Below are positions 10,934-23,785 of a DNA stretch of 64,000 nucleotides, piece by piece. Below the pieces are notes generated by a model that worked only from the letters and a program-made list of their open reading frames with translations, was not told where the DNA came from and searched no databases. The DNA comes from Emiliania huxleyi CCMP1516. Taxonomy: Eukaryota. The stretch lies in assembly GCF_000372725.1 (NCBI RefSeq), contig NW_005201412.1, forward strand, positions 124,001 to 188,000, read 5' to 3'. The position numbers and the translations under genes were made by a program. How positions within the stretch are numbered: position 1 is the stretch's first letter; every line of letters begins with the position of its first letter.

Positions 10934-11693
10934 GGGAGGTGGTGCCGCAGGTCTGCGTAGTCGAGAATTGCGCCGGTGAAGTCTGCGCGGTCGAGTCGCG
11001 CCCCTACCCGAAGCACGGCAGAAGGGACGTGTCCGGGACGTGCCCGGGACGTGTCCCCGAGGCGGTCGAGTCGCGCGCCTTGAAGGTCTGCGCCGCGCAA
11101 GTCTGCTCGCTGGAGGAAGAGGCAGCGCTCCATCTCGCGGTACGTGCCGGCCGGCTGGAGGTGAGTGCCTACGCGGCGAAGCAAGCCGTGGCGGGTGAGT
11201 CGTTCAGTCACCACTCCGCCGGCTGGAGGTGCAATGCATGCCGGGGTAAATCTCGAACAGGCATCGGTTGGGAGGAGGAGAGGGCGAGGGCGGCGGCGGC
11301 GACGGCGGTGGCGACGGCGGCATGGGGGGCGCCGACGGCGGCGGTGAAGGGGGGGGTGAGGGGGGCGGCGACGGCGGCGGCGGCGGCGGTGGCGACGACG
11401 GGGGCGGAGAGGGGGGCGGTGACGGGGGCGGAGAGGGGGGTGGCGAGGGCGGCGGCGAGGGCGGGAGCGGCGGCGGCGGCGAGGGCGGCGGCGAAAGCGG
11501 CGGCGAGGGCGGCGGCAACGGCGACGGCGGCGACGGTGGCGGCGGCGACGGCGGCGGCAGCGTGGGTGGCGGCGGGAGCGGCGGCGGTGGCGTCGGCGGC
11601 GGTGAGGGCGGCGGAGAAGGTGGCGGCGGTGAAGGTGGCGGCGGCGAGGGCGGCGGCGGGCGCGCGGGTGGCGGTGACGGTGGGGGCGGTGAG

Positions 11694-11724
<31 letters not shown>

Positions 11725-12472
11725 GCGGAAGAGGAGGCGGCGGCAGCGGCGGCGGCGGCGGCGCCGAGGGCGGTGGCTCTTCTGGGCACGGTGGCATATC
11801 TCTGCCGCCGCAGTAGCGGCAGGCGGGATGGACGGACCCGGCGTTGCATCCCAGGCCTTTATGCGCGTCTCTCCACGGCGTGTAGCATGCCTCGTCCCTG
11901 TAGCAGGCGAGGCCGCCGCCGCACGTCGCCCGCGGCACCACGCTGCATGGCAGCGGAGGGCTGGGAGGCGGACTCGGAGGGCGAGGAGGCGGAGTGGGCG
12001 GGCGCGGCGGCGGCGGCGGCGGAGAGGGCGGCGGCGGCTGCGCGGGTGGCGGTAAAGGCGATGGCGGTGGCGCCCACCGCACGCCTTGCGGCAGGGCGAA
12101 GGGCAGGGGTGGCGGCGGCGGTGGGGAGGCGGCGGGCAGCCGGACGTTTCTCACCTTTATCTTGCAGACGGCGTCAAAGGCGGTCGCCGGCACGGCCTGC
12201 TTGATGGGGAGCCGCTGCAGGATGCAGCGCGTGCGGCCGCGCGGTCGGGTAAAGATCTGGTATTCGTATCCAGTGCACCACTTCAGCCCGAGGCACTGCT
12301 CCTGGCAGGCGGCCTCGCTCGCGTCCCAGGTGACGTCGCTGGGGAGGGCGGCCCGAGTGCGGCCTCCCGCCTTGACGTTAACGCAGGACCCGCTGGCGCG
12401 ACCCGCCGGCGCGATAAACGAGGTGAGGGACATCGCAGGCATCGTGCAGCGAAGAGGTGTGTCCACGCACAC
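10930..12472 (-). CDS. Mosaic protein: PAN/apple-like domain, SPPP extensin-like tracts, Cys-rich GLGCNAG..CRYC module and pentapeptide repeats (spliced, 3' end unclear)
   Basis: ACQEQC...CTGYEY...RCIL; long PPPSP arrays; downstream exons read ADLRGADLQGARLDRADFTGAILDYADLR. Confidence 0.7.
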
Positions 12473-12542
12473 AGCCGCTGAGTCAACACGCCGTGCAGCG
12501 TTTTCTTATGTTGTGACGGAGGAGGGAGGCAGGGAGGGAGGT

Positions 12543-12656
<114 letters not shown>

Positions 12657-12762
12657 GATAGCAAACAAGAACACAACGCACTATGACAAGGAAGCGATCC
12701 CACGACAGCGATTGTGGGGACTACATGAACATGAACATGATCCGTACGTGAAGGGAGAGAGA

Positions 12763-13797
12763 GATTTTTAGCAGCAAATACCAAACAACTCTAACACTCA
12801 CACGTCATTTGTCGTGAAGGGTGGAGGGGCCCGTCCGCGGAGCTAGGCGGCGCGGGCACCCTCCACTGGGGCCGGACAAGAGGCCGTTTGCCGCTTGCTT
12901 GTTCTTGATCCAGTTGGTGCGCATCTTGCGCGCCTGCTTGTTGATGTTTTCGGCGTCGCCCGCCACCGCCGCCATGGAGATCTGCTGCGTGTGGTGGACG
13001 ACGAAGGAGGAGGCGCTCGCCGACGCCGCCCCGTACACCGTCCGGTCCGTGTTGGTGCCCGCCGCTTCCTTGGCGAACACGTGGAGGAACTGCCTGGTGG
13101 GCGGCGCAATGCCACCCAAAGTTTCCACGAGCACCAGCCGCGTTATGGCTTTCTTGACCCACTTCGCGTCGTAGCTGCGTCGTAGTACTGCGCCCCATCC
13201 ACTTCCAGCCTGCATGCATTCTTCCTGAGCATTCTTCTAGACCGTCACCCGTGGTCTTTGACCCATCCCTTTCCAGTCGAGTGGTCGAGCGGTCCGTCCA
13301 CCTGACGGCCACGCTCCTTGCACCCCACGACCCCCCCGTCAACGCCTTGTCCAGCGTGTTTCCAAACCCGTAGAGGTGGCCCACCGACGCCACATTGCCA
13401 CCATTGTCCCACGAGCCCCTCCCCGCCGTCGTCGACTTGATGAGCGGGTTCCAGCACTTGACCTCGTAATCCACGTCCCGCATCGTGGCGAAGTCGCCGC
13501 CGAGCTCGCAGATGTCAGTCACGGACGTGTCGTTGAGGTGCCGCGTCACCTCGGGCTTCTCCTTGTCCCCGAGGATGATGCTGCCAACCGAGCGTGCCCG
13601 GATGGCATTCTGGGCGGCCCTTAGCACCCCGTTGTGCTTGGAGGTGCGGTCGCCTTTGTTGGAGTTGGCGAGGGAGTCGCCCTTGGCCTTGCACTCTCCC
13701 AGACGTGCACGCCCGCGGCGGCCTTCTCGACGAAAGTGGGCGCAATCACCGACAAGTATAGCCCGTGCCTGCGCTGTATCGCCGTCAGGAACATCGC
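12763..13797 (-). mobile_element. 5'-truncated, frameshifted non-LTR retrotransposon, CRE/R2-group (restriction-like endonuclease C-terminus)
   Basis: Across frames: AIQRRHGL...GDRTSKHNGVL...DYEVK...VETLGG...QQISMAAVAGDAENI, resembling the CRE-type RLE end. (GA)n lies on both flanks; second copy at 59072-59500. Confidence 0.7.
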
Positions 13798-13943
13798 GAG
13801 AGAGAGAGAAGAATTCTTAGAATACAACTGTCTCACAGCACAGGCGCTGGGCGCGGACAGAGAGGGAAAAAAGAGAGACTGGCGCTCGCTTTTCCCGCAC
13901 GCTTTTGCCAACCACCGTGCTGCTTCCAACCGAGCGTCACAAA

Positions 13944-15050
13944 ATGAATGTGCTCCTCGCCACTGCCTGCACCAGTATGTGCCGCATCAAGCACGGCCCC
14001 GCCCCATCCGCCCACTGCTCGCCGCGCAAGCACATCGCGATCCACCACCTGCACATGCGAAAAGCGGGGGGCACATCCGTCCGGGAAAACATACGCGCAG
14101 CCTGCGATGGAAACGGTCAATTCGACAGCTTCAAGGAGACCGAGTGGGGTGCCTACAACTGGACCCAGTCCGCAGCGCACGTGGCCCGCCGCACACGGTC
14201 CGCCGGCTCTGCCGCCCAGTCGCCGCCGCCGCCCGACAGCGCTCTCATCACGTCTCTGCGGCCGCCCCTCGACCGGCTGCTCTCCTCGTACCTCTTCGAA
14301 GGAGGCGTGCCAGAGCAGTGCTGGGCGTACGCGCACGAGTACGAGGGCGACATTGACCTCACCGGCGATGCGCCGTCGCCCCACTGGAGCGCAATGAACT
14401 GGACCTTTATCCAGCGCTGCTTTGCCAATCACGCTCACCTGGAGCCGTTCGACGCCTTCATGGCGCGGCACCACCCCCACACGTATGGCGCATTCGAGGA
14501 ACTCGGATACCGCAAGTACTACGGGCCCAACTACTATCTGCGAAAGGTGCTGGCTGGTGCAAAGGGCAACAACCCGTGCGGCGACATCGACGCCGCGCCA
14601 CAGAACTGGACCTGCATGGTTGAGTTTGCGACGCGGCTGATGCTCGAGTCGTTCGAGGTGATCGTCCTCCACCACAGTGGCGGCCCGCTGGTCCTGCGAA
14701 ACGCGCGCCGCCACGGCGCCGTGCCCTGCTGCCTCGATGGCGTGGACTGGACGAACCTGACGAAGTTCAGCGCCGAGGTCCCTCACCGCCGCCTCTCTCC
14801 CCACCGCCCCAGCCTCTCTCCTCCCTGCGCACCACTCTCTTCTCACCGCGGCCTGCGCCGCTGCCAGGGCAACATCCACCGCGCCGGATGGATCGACAAG
14901 CGGCTCTCCAGCATCTCCAAGCTGATGGAGGGCCAGATCCCTTTGGTCTACCCGGCGCTGTGGCGGGAGCTGACGCTCGCCCACGCGCCCGACCAAGCGC
15001 TGTACGACGCGCTAGTGGCGCACGCGAGCCAAGCGGCGAGCTGTGACTGA
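13944..15050 (+). CDS. Golgi-type sulfotransferase
   Basis: 5'-PSB motif HMRKAGGTS and 3'-PB motif LRPPLDRLLSSY; probable in-frame intron near 14778-14867. Confidence 0.8.
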   Translation: MNVLLATACTSMCRIKHGPAPSAHCSPRKHIAIHHLHMRKAGGTSVRENIRAACDGNGQFDSFKETEWGAYNWTQSAAHVARRTRSAGSAAQSPPPPDSALITSLRPPLDRLLSSYLFEGGVPEQCWAYAHEYEGDIDLTGDAPSPHWSAMNWTFIQRCFANHAHLEPFDAFMARHHPHTYGAFEELGYRKYYGPNYYLRKVLAGAKGNNPCGDIDAAPQNWTCMVEFATRLMLESFEVIVLHHSGGPLVLRNARRHGAVPCCLDGVDWTNLTKFSAEVPHRRLSPHRPSLSPPCAPLSSHRGLRRCQGNIHRAGWIDKRLSSISKLMEGQIPLVYPALWRELTLAHAPDQALYDALVAHASQAASCD

Positions 15051-15492
15051 CGACAAAGTGTATGCTTTGGTTGGAGACAAGTGCCATGTAAGAGTGAACC
15101 CACTAGGCACTAACCCATTGCCAGGCGACGCAGGGCAGGCGATGGGAGAGAGGTCCAGAACAGATGCGTAGAGCCCAAACACGTGCGACTGGCCGACTCG
15201 CAGGCTCCGGCGGCCCAGGCCTCAAGTTCTATATACGTAGGGGGGGTGTGCGTTTTCACTTCGAGAGATGCGATGAAATTGACTTCCTGCTGTCAAAGAA
15301 TTAATTGAAGAAAGACGGTCGGGGATCACGGAGCTACGTGAGTGGGAGTTGTAGGATTCCCCCTCGTCGTGCAAACGAACCAGCACCATCCAATCACTCA
15401 GAGAAGGAACTAAATGAGCGCCCGCCCCGCACCGCTTTCCAGCGCCCGGGCCGCCGGGCCGCCGTGCTATGGTGCTACAGGCGACGACTGCC

Positions 15493-16335
15493 TCATGTAA
15501 CTACGTTGGACGGCTCGCGGGCCACGGCCGCAGGACGGGTCGGCGCGGCATCGTTCGGTGGGATGCGATCCAACTCGGCGAGGGCGGAGCATGCACTGCA
15601 CACCACCATGGCCTCGTCTTCGATGCAGAACGTCGACGAGGTTAGCGGGCAGACCAGCGGGTCGGCGCAGACGAAGCACTCCCCCATTGGTAGCGGAGGC
15701 GCAGGCACGAGCTGCTTCATGCTGTCGTCATCCGCCGCCGTTGCGCCGCCGCCGACGGGGATGTGCGGCTCGACCTCGGCCGTGGCGCCGCTGCAGTTGG
15801 GCTGCATCACCGTGTGGTTGATTTTGAGCTGCAGCTTGCATCCGTCGCGCAGCAATTTCTTGAGCACGGAGTGGACGGTCTGGTCGATGATCGTGCTCAA
15901 CTGAAAGCGGAGGCGCGGAGGCCCTGGGGGCTACGTGCATATGGACATGGACATGGACATGGACATGCACATGCACATGCACATGCACATGCACATGTGC
16001 ATGCACATGTACATGACATGTGGAGGGGCTGTGCGAGCATGTGGGCCGCTCACCAGTTCTCGGCGGTGCACGAAGAGCTTGTCGAAGCCGGGCTTGGACA
16101 GGATGATTTGCACTTCGAGCGAGATTTTATACCGGCACTCGAACTCGTGGTTGAAGCTGCGGCACGTCGTCTGCTTCCCAAATGCGATGCGGACCCCGTG
16201 CGGGGCTGCGAATGCAAATGTGCCGCGGAGCTGCTGGAGGAGGTAAGAACGGACCGCGCTGCCCTTCTGCTGGATTGGCTGCTTGTGGATCGGCGGCACT
16301 CGCCGTGCGGCGTGGGCGCAGAGGAAGTCAGCCAT
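15493..16335 (-). CDS. Hypothetical two-exon protein
   Basis: Exon 16335-16054 and exon 15900-15493 join in phase 0 across a GT-AG intron containing (CACATG)n. Confidence 0.5.
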
Positions 16336-16589
16336 GTTGCGGCTGTCGCAAACGCGCGTCCTTGGCGATCGATTGTGCTCTCTTTCCCCGCCTTCGGCCC
16401 AAAATTGGCTCATCGATAAAGGCGAGCGGTCAAGTGCTCCAAGGTCGCATAGAAAAGTTGGCACCAGTTGCACACCTGCAAAAAACAAATCTCGCTCCCC
16501 CTCTCGCCTCCGGAGGCGGACGACCGACTCTCTCTCTCTCGTCATTCATCAATCCATCAATCAATCACATCTCCTGGTCTGCTTTACCC

Positions 16590-17110
16590 GCCCATGAAGC
16601 GCGCCTTCTTTCTCGATCGCGCGGCACGCCTCGTCGAGCACCTCCCTTGGCGGCAGGGAGCACTCGCGCGGGCCACCGGCGCCGCCCCCCCGATGTCATA
16701 CACCCTAGCGCGGCTCGCCTGCGCGCGGCGGAAGCGCTTCGGCAGCGCCTTGCCCTCCTCCTCCGCCTGCCCCTTCCGCGGCTGTCAGGTGCGCCAGCAC
16801 CGTCATCGCAGTCCCCTGCTCAAAGATGCACCAGCCGCGGCCTCCATCGCCCTCGTACTGCTGAATGACGGAGGTGCCTGTGACGCTGGCGTAGAAGTTC
16901 CCCATTATTCCCTCATCCAGGACGCTCTTGAACATCGCCGCGTCCGAGGTAGCGGCGGACGGCGGCAAGAGTTGTGCCATGAGGGTCTGGGTGAAGCGCT
17001 GTGAGCCAGCCGTGCGAGAGCGGCGCGAGGATCGAGCGGTCACCTCGCTTGAGCATCGCCACCGCCTCGTCGCACGGGACAAAAGCTTCTGTCGGCAGGT
17101 CCTGCCTCCT
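16590..17110 (-). pseudogene. Frameshifted fragment of a HET-like domain gene
   Basis: LSHGWLTALHPDP and RGWCIFE motifs lie in different frames. Confidence 0.55.
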
Positions 17111-17247
17111 CTTCCGCCCCCCCGTGCGACGTCGAAGGCGTGTCGGGCTCGATTGTGGCCCGCACCATCGTAGATTCCGCTGCCGAGTTGAAGAAGAAGC
17201 TCGCCACGCTCGACAAGAAGATTGAAACGAAGCTGGGGGGGGAGCGT

Positions 17248-18150
17248 TCAGCGGCGGAGTAGGGGGGGCGAGTGTGATGCCAAGCGCAAGCCCCAAGCGC
17301 GGAGTCCGGAGAAGCGGGAGTGACGAACGGGACGAAGAGAGTGACGAAGAGAGTGGCGAAGATAGTGAAGAGAGTGTCGAGAGCAGCGATTGAAAGACGA
17401 GGATAGTGGGCGATTGGTGGAATTGAGAATGGGTATAAAACAAATCTGAGTCCGTGGCGACGCCCTCCGTGCGCCTCCGCGACGCGGAGGGGGGAGACAT
17501 AACACCTCACTTTTTTTTCCCGACCCCTCCCGACTCCTAACGAGAGACGGATCACGCAAGTCGCGACCGTCGTGGGCGCGGGCGAGGAGGCGGAACCGCT
17601 TTCGCTTGACGTGCCGGTTCCCGGTGACGTGCCAGAACGGGGCCGTCGACGCGTTCGGACCGAGTCCGTACGAGACAAAGGACGCCGGAAAGAGACTTGG
17701 CGTGCCGCCCCGCTCCCGGTAGTGGGCTTTGAGCGCGCTTTGCGTGGGCGTCCCGGAGGTCGCAAAGGAGTGGCGCCTTCGAAGCACGTCCGCAAAGACG
17801 GGAATGGCGTCGCGGCGGGCGAGGAAGAGGCCGGTGTTGGTGCCGTGCGGGTCGACGGAGAAGCGAATTGGTGCGGTGACGACAGGCAGAGCGACGCACC
17901 GCCGCTGTGCCACGACGTCTGCGTCGAGCCAGAGCACCGCGTCGCAGTCTTTCTCCAAGAGCCGCATCGTGAGGGCGAGCTTGTCCCACTTCGCGTCGCT
18001 CGTGTCGTTTACCTGCCGCTCGGAGACGCAGTGTGTCTTCCACCCGCTCGCCTCCCCGACGCGGCGCCGCGCGCCGCAGACGGCGCTCCACAATGGCAAA
18101 AACGAGCCGCTCACGCTCGTCGCGATGCAATTCTGCTCCAGCTGCTCCAT
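17248..18150 (-). CDS. Glycosyltransferase family 34 (GMA12/MNN10-like); 3' end uncertain
   Basis: KWDK...VLWLDAD...GTNTGLFLAR...QSAL motif order. Confidence 0.75.
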   Translation of the reverse strand: MEQLEQNCIATSVSGSFLPLWSAVCGARRRVGEASGWKTHCVSERQVNDTSDAKWDKLALTMRLLEKDCDAVLWLDADVVAQRRCVALPVVTAPIRFSVDPHGTNTGLFLARRDAIPVFADVLRRRHSFATSGTPTQSALKAHYRERGGTPSLFPASFVSYGLGPNASTAPFWHVTGNRHVKRKRFRLLARAHDGRDLRDPSLVRSREGSGKKSEVLCLPPPRRGGARRASPRTQICFIPILNSTNRPLSSSFNRCSRHSLHYLRHSLRHSLRPVRHSRFSGLRAWGLRLASHSPPLLRR

Positions 18151-18269
18151 GACAGCGTGTACGGCGGCTGGCGAACATTTGGCATGTCGCTGCCTACTCC
18201 GACGCTCTGGATCGACGCTGTCTGCCCCACGCGCTCATCGCGAGGCTGCAGGGCTTTGGCTCGCGCGAC

Positions 18270-19368
18270 GCCGCAGGGCAGCGACCGCGGTCACATACCC
18301 GGCGGACCCGCACAAGAGCGGCACTGGGCTCGGTAGTCGGTGGCACGCGCTGCTGCAGGCTCTCGAGTGGGCGGCTCTGCAGCGCGATAGCCGCGTCGTC
18401 CTGTCTGAGGTCGGGGAGAAGGGCGTGCCCTACCTGGCGCGGCGAGGCTGCGCCGTCTCCTCAGAACGCTGCTTCTTCCAGGACCTCGACACCTGCGACT
18501 CCGTCACCGCGTGCTCGGCCACGCGGGTCGTCGGCACCGTCGGCTGGGGCTTCCCTCAGAACGTGACGCGGCAGCGCATGGGTCGGCGACGGTGGAAGGC
18601 GGTCTGGGAGGCGCCTGTGCCCGCCGTCTTCAAGGGCCGCCGCAGCCTGCTGTGGTGGCAGTCGCAGCTCGCCCTTTTCGCGCTACAGCCAGCGCCCTCG
18701 ACGCTGGCCATGCTCGACGCCGAGTGGGTGCGGGGGCGCGGCCGGACGGGCAACAAGCCGGCGAGGAGGCGGCGCTACCGGAGCTGGGAAGAGCTCCACC
18801 CGTACGTCAGCATGCACGTGCGGTGGGGCGACAAGTGCTGGAGGGAGGCGACCTGCCGCAGCGCACGGGACTACGCGAAGGCGGCCGAATCGCTGCGGAG
18901 GCGGTTTGGCGTCTCTCGCCTCGCGCTGTCGTCCGAGGACCCCGAGGCGATCAGCCTGATCCCCGAGGCGCTGGGCGACGACTGCGGACTGGGAGGTTTT
19001 CGGCGGGCAAACGGTTCGGCCAGGCCCTCAAGGCAAACCTGCCCGCCTTTGACGCGGGGAAGGCTGCGGCGGACCTCGCGGCGCACAGCAAGCCACAGAG
19101 CAGCCTGCGGTGGCCTGGGGAGTCCCCGCGGCCGCAGGCGCAGCCGCCCGGCGAGGCGGAGGCTGGCCCGAGCGAGGCGACCAGGCAGCTCGCCGCGCTC
19201 AACGTCTCGTCGCAGTCGATCGTCAACCTGCTCGTCTCCGCCGCAGCAGACTACATCGTGTGCACCACCTCGTCCAACTGGTGCCGCGTCGTCGTCAAGC
19301 TGGGGTGCGCGCTGCAGGGGCGCTGCCCACGCGCCGCGTCTTCATGGACGAGTGGGACTGGGACTTAA
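18270..19368 (+). pseudogene. Alpha-1,6-fucosyltransferase-like (GT23/FUT8 motifs) with a frame break near 18985
   Basis: GLGSRWH, MHVRWGDK, LSSED in one frame; DYIVCTTSSNWCR in another; no clear intron at the switch. Start unresolved. Confidence 0.65.
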
Positions 19369-19428
19369 CCATGAGCGCGGGACGGCGATGCGGGAGCCGA
19401 GCTTTCGCTCGTTCTCGCAGATCCCGCG

Positions 19429-19900
<472 letters not shown>

Positions 19901-20130
19901 TGCGAGCCGCCCTGAACGCCACGAGCGCGCCGCGAGCGCCGTAGCGCCGGCGAGCGCCGTCGGCAGCGCGCGACCGCCACCCAAAAGTGGAGGTACCGGC
20001 CTGCTCTATCAACCCCGCAGCCGCGGTGGCGCGACCGGTTCAAACAGTCGGAGTCGAGTTTCTTTTCTGAGTGAGTGCACAACGCAGCCTCGAACCGCAC
20101 ACAGCTCCACGCCCCCGCTGCACTGTCCCG

Positions 20131-21011
20131 ATGAGCGCAGCGAGCCACCTCTACTGGTCACGCGCGCCCACGAACCCCGAGGGATCCGTCGCTCCGAAGA
20201 AGATCAGCACCAACACCAGTTCGCCGGCGGCGGCGGTGGACGCAGACAAACCCTGGTGTCCCATCTTTAAGTGGGGGCAGCGTGGCGGAACCGTCTACCT
20301 CACCATCTTTGTGCCGTGCCTCAAGGGCACGGACGACGTCAGTATCGACATCACCGATCGCGCCGTCGAATTTCGAGCCGAACGGGTCGCGGAGTTTGCG
20401 GGCGGACGCTCGGCGGCGAGATCGTACCGGCTGCAGCTGCAGCTCTTTGCAGAGGTTGACGCCTCCCGGTGCGTGCACCACTTGCGGCACGACCACGTGC
20501 GCGTCGAGCTGGCCAAGCGGCGCAACCAGCCGTGGCGATCGCTCCAGGCCCGCAAGCAGCGCCACGACTGCAGCCACTCGTCACCACCCCGTCTCCCGCC
20601 TGCAGCCACTGCCTCCTAGCACCTCTCACGCCGCACCCTCGCCTACCTCGCCCTCCCGCAGGCGCCCGGTGTCCCCAAGAACCCAAACGAGCGGCCCGAC
20701 TTCGACCACGTGCGCATGCCCCTCCACTCGACTTCCTCTCCCCGCCTTTCTCCGGCTGCCGCCGCCGCCGCCGCCGCCAATGCCATCGCCTCTGCCACCG
20801 CCTCCACCGCCGCCAACAGCCGCCCCCCTCCCCCCCACAGGTCGATTCGGACGACTCGGACTCTGACTCGCAGCCCACGCCCAGACCCCGCCGCGCCACC
20901 CCACCGGATCGGGCGAGCGGCGGGCGAGGCGGCAGGGGAGGCGTGGTGGCGCTTCTCTCAGGCTGCGTTGAGGCAGCCTCGGGCGCGCTTCGCGGCCTCA
21001 CCGCGGCGGAG
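20131..21011 (+). CDS. CS/p23-domain exons, probably spliced onto ALG12
   Basis: PIFKWGQR...VYLTI...Y.LQLQLFAEV...VELAK...W..L...PDFD. Introns ~20548-20661 (GC-AG) and 20710-20840 (GT-AG). Confidence 0.8.
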
Positions 21012-21121
21012 GCGCGGCGAGGGTGAAAGAACGGGGGGGGGGGGGGGGGGGGGGGATCCAACCGCAACGGGGGAGGGGGGGAGGGGTTCGAGAGCCCTGC
21101 CCGCCCGCCGCCCCCGCCAAG

Positions 21122-23329
21122 GTTGCGCTGGTGCTGCTCGTCGCGGCGCACGTGCTTGCTTGCCCCTTCACAAAGGTCGAGGAGAGCTTCAACCTCCAGG
21201 CTCCCCACACCGACCCACACCGACCCACACCGACCCAGATTGCCCCACACCGCCCCAGATCGCCCCAGATCGGACTGCAGCCCTTGCGGCTCAGGCCCGA
21301 GAGCGGGAGGCGGCAACCAGCAGCGGCTGACGACTCGCAAACCTCACAATGTTCCGAGCCTGGGCCTTGCCTAGTGCGGACACCTCACCCCTCTGACGCT
21401 GTCTCGCCGAGCGTCTCCCGGCAGTGGCACGCTGCTGCCCGCCCACACCTCTCTTCTCCCTCTCCCCCTCCCTCTCCCCCTCCCTCTCCCCCTCCCTCTC
21501 CCCCTCCCTCTCCCCCTCCCTCTCCCCCTTCCTCTCCCCTCCCGCAGGCTGTCCACGACCTCCTCTTCCACCGCACCGACATCGCCCAGTACGACCACCA
21601 CGCCTTCCCGGGTGACTTCCTAGACACCTCCGAGACACTTCCCGTCCCACCCCCGGGCCACGCAGGCGTCGTGCCTAGACACTTCCGAGACACTTCCGAG
21701 ACGCCTCCCCTCCCACGCCACCCGCGGGCCACACAGGCGTCGTGCCGCGCACATTCGTCGGCGCGCTCCTGCTCGCCGCCGCCTCTGCGCCGGCCGTGCT
21801 CGCGCTGCAGCTCGCCGAAGCGCCGAAGCTGTACGCGCAGGTCGCCGTCCGCGTCACTCTCGGGCTCGCATCCGCCGCCGCGACGGCGCGAGTACACCGG
21901 GCTGTGGCGCGCCGCTTCGGTCGGCAGAGCGGGCTCGCCTTCCTCACGCTGTCGCTGGTGCAGTTCCACCCTCTCTTTTACGGCTCGCGCACGCTGCCAA
22001 ACACGTTTGGCGTCCTCGCCTCGTCGCTCGCCACCGCGGCGTGGCTCGAGGGGCGGCACCAGGCCGCACTCTCCACCCTGACGGTCCGCAGAGCCCCTCC
22101 CCCCGCCGAGCCCCTCCCGAGCCGCCAAGGCCTCGAGCCGCCAAGGCCTCGAGCCTCCAAGGGCGCCTCCTCTCCACACGCCGCGCCGCCTGCTCAGGTC
22201 GGCACCGTCATCTTCCGCTTCGACTTGCTGCTGCTGCTCGCGCCGCTCACCCTCCTCGTCGCCGCGCGGAGGCAGCTGCCGCTCGCCACCATCGCCGCCA
22301 CAGGCATCGGCTCGGGCGCCGCCGCGCTGCTGCCCACTCTGCTGCTCGACTCGCTCCTGTGGCGCCGCCCGCTCTGGCCGGAGGGGGAGGTGCTGCTTGC
22401 AAACACGGTCGGCAACATGAGCGCGAACTACGGCACATCGCCCGCCGGGTGGTACTTCTACTCGGCGCTGCCGCGCGCACTCTCGCTCGCCTACCCGCTC
22501 GCGCTCGCCTCCCTGCCGCTCGTGCCGCGCGCGCGCGAGTACGTCGGCGTCGCTCTGTGCTTCGTCGCGCTCTACTCGCTGCTGCCGCACAAGGCGATTC
22601 TGATAGTCATCACCTGTGTGACTTCACTGCCACTGTTCGGATCCCTGCTCTCTGCTGCCGCACAAGGAGCTCCGCTTCATCCTCTACGCGGCGCCGCTCC
22701 TCAACGCGGGCGCCGCCGCCGCCCTCGCGCACCTCGTCGCGCGCCTCCCGCCGCGGAACGCAAAGACGGCTGGCCGCCGCACCGCCGCCGTGCTCGGCCG
22801 CGCCGCCATCGCCGCGAGCCTCGCGGGCAGCCTTGCGCTCGCGTGCTGCTTCACCGCTGCGGCGCGGCTCAACTACCCCGGCGCCCACGCCCTGCTCGCT
22901 CTCCACGCGTCGTCGCCTCCCCGCGGGACGCGCGGGCCTCGCGTGCACGTCGGTGTCGAGGCGGCCATCTCCGGCGTCTCGCGCTTCCTCGAGCTGCCTC
23001 CTCCGTGGCAGTACTCGAAGGCCGAGGGGCTCGCCCCGGCGCAGCTCACCCGCTTCTCGCACCTGCTCACTGGCGCCAACGACGACGCCACGCGCGACCT
23101 GCCAGGCCCCCGCCCCACGGCCGCGCCTCTCCCGGCCCTGCCGCCCCTCTCACTTGCTCGCCTTGGAGTAGGCTTCGAGCTCGCACACGTCGAGAGAGGC
23201 TTCACGCGCGTGGCGATGCGGCCGCCTTTCCTGCTCACCGAGCCGAAGATCAACGTGCTGCGCCGCCGCAAGGAGGGGGCGGTGGGGCGCGCCGCCGCCG
23301 CCGCCACCGAAGGCGACTATTTCCTGTGA
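21122..23329 (+). CDS. ALG12: Dol-P-Man-dependent alpha-1,6-mannosyltransferase (GT22), multi-exon
   Basis: PFTKVEESFNLQ|AVHD, YDHHAFPG|VVPRTFVG, FYGSRTLPNTF, WPEGEV, LYSLLPHK|ELRF, NYPG, GVSRFL. Confidence 0.92.
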
Positions 23330-23785
23330 GCGAGAGGACTCCTGCGTGGCGAACAGTGAGGGATTGAGCACGACGTGTGTCCTTGCCAGACGCGCGCCTC
23401 GTTCGTAGTTTATATCTGACGACTTCTGACTCGCGCGCTTTTTTGGGTTTATTGTGGCGGCGTAGGGGCGTAGGCCGTGTTGTGGGTGTGCGCGCGCGCC
23501 CGCGCAGCTGGAGCGTAGCGTTGAGATATATGATACAATCGAAGGGTCGCGCGCGCGAGTCACACCTCCCCGTCCGCCCTGATAACGTATGACCGCGTGG
23601 CGCGTGGGTATAATGGAGAGCGCGTAGTTCGTACCGAGAATCAAAGAGTCACGACCGTACCGCGCGGGCGCCCGCAACACTTCCCGCAACGTACCACGCA
23701 CATAGACATACCGCGGGCCGGCTGCCCGAACGCCGAAGGGGAGATTGCAGCGCTCGGCTGCGCTCTGGCACGGAGCGCAGCAAGT

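Noticed and set aside
10891..12204. Ala-rich and Gly-rich plus-strand ORFs
   Set aside because: Antisense readings of the Pro-rich SPPP exon.
17729..18270. N-terminal part of the 599-aa plus-strand ORF as part of GT23
   Set aside because: It overlaps the minus-strand GT34 gene; GT23 motifs begin only after ~18300.
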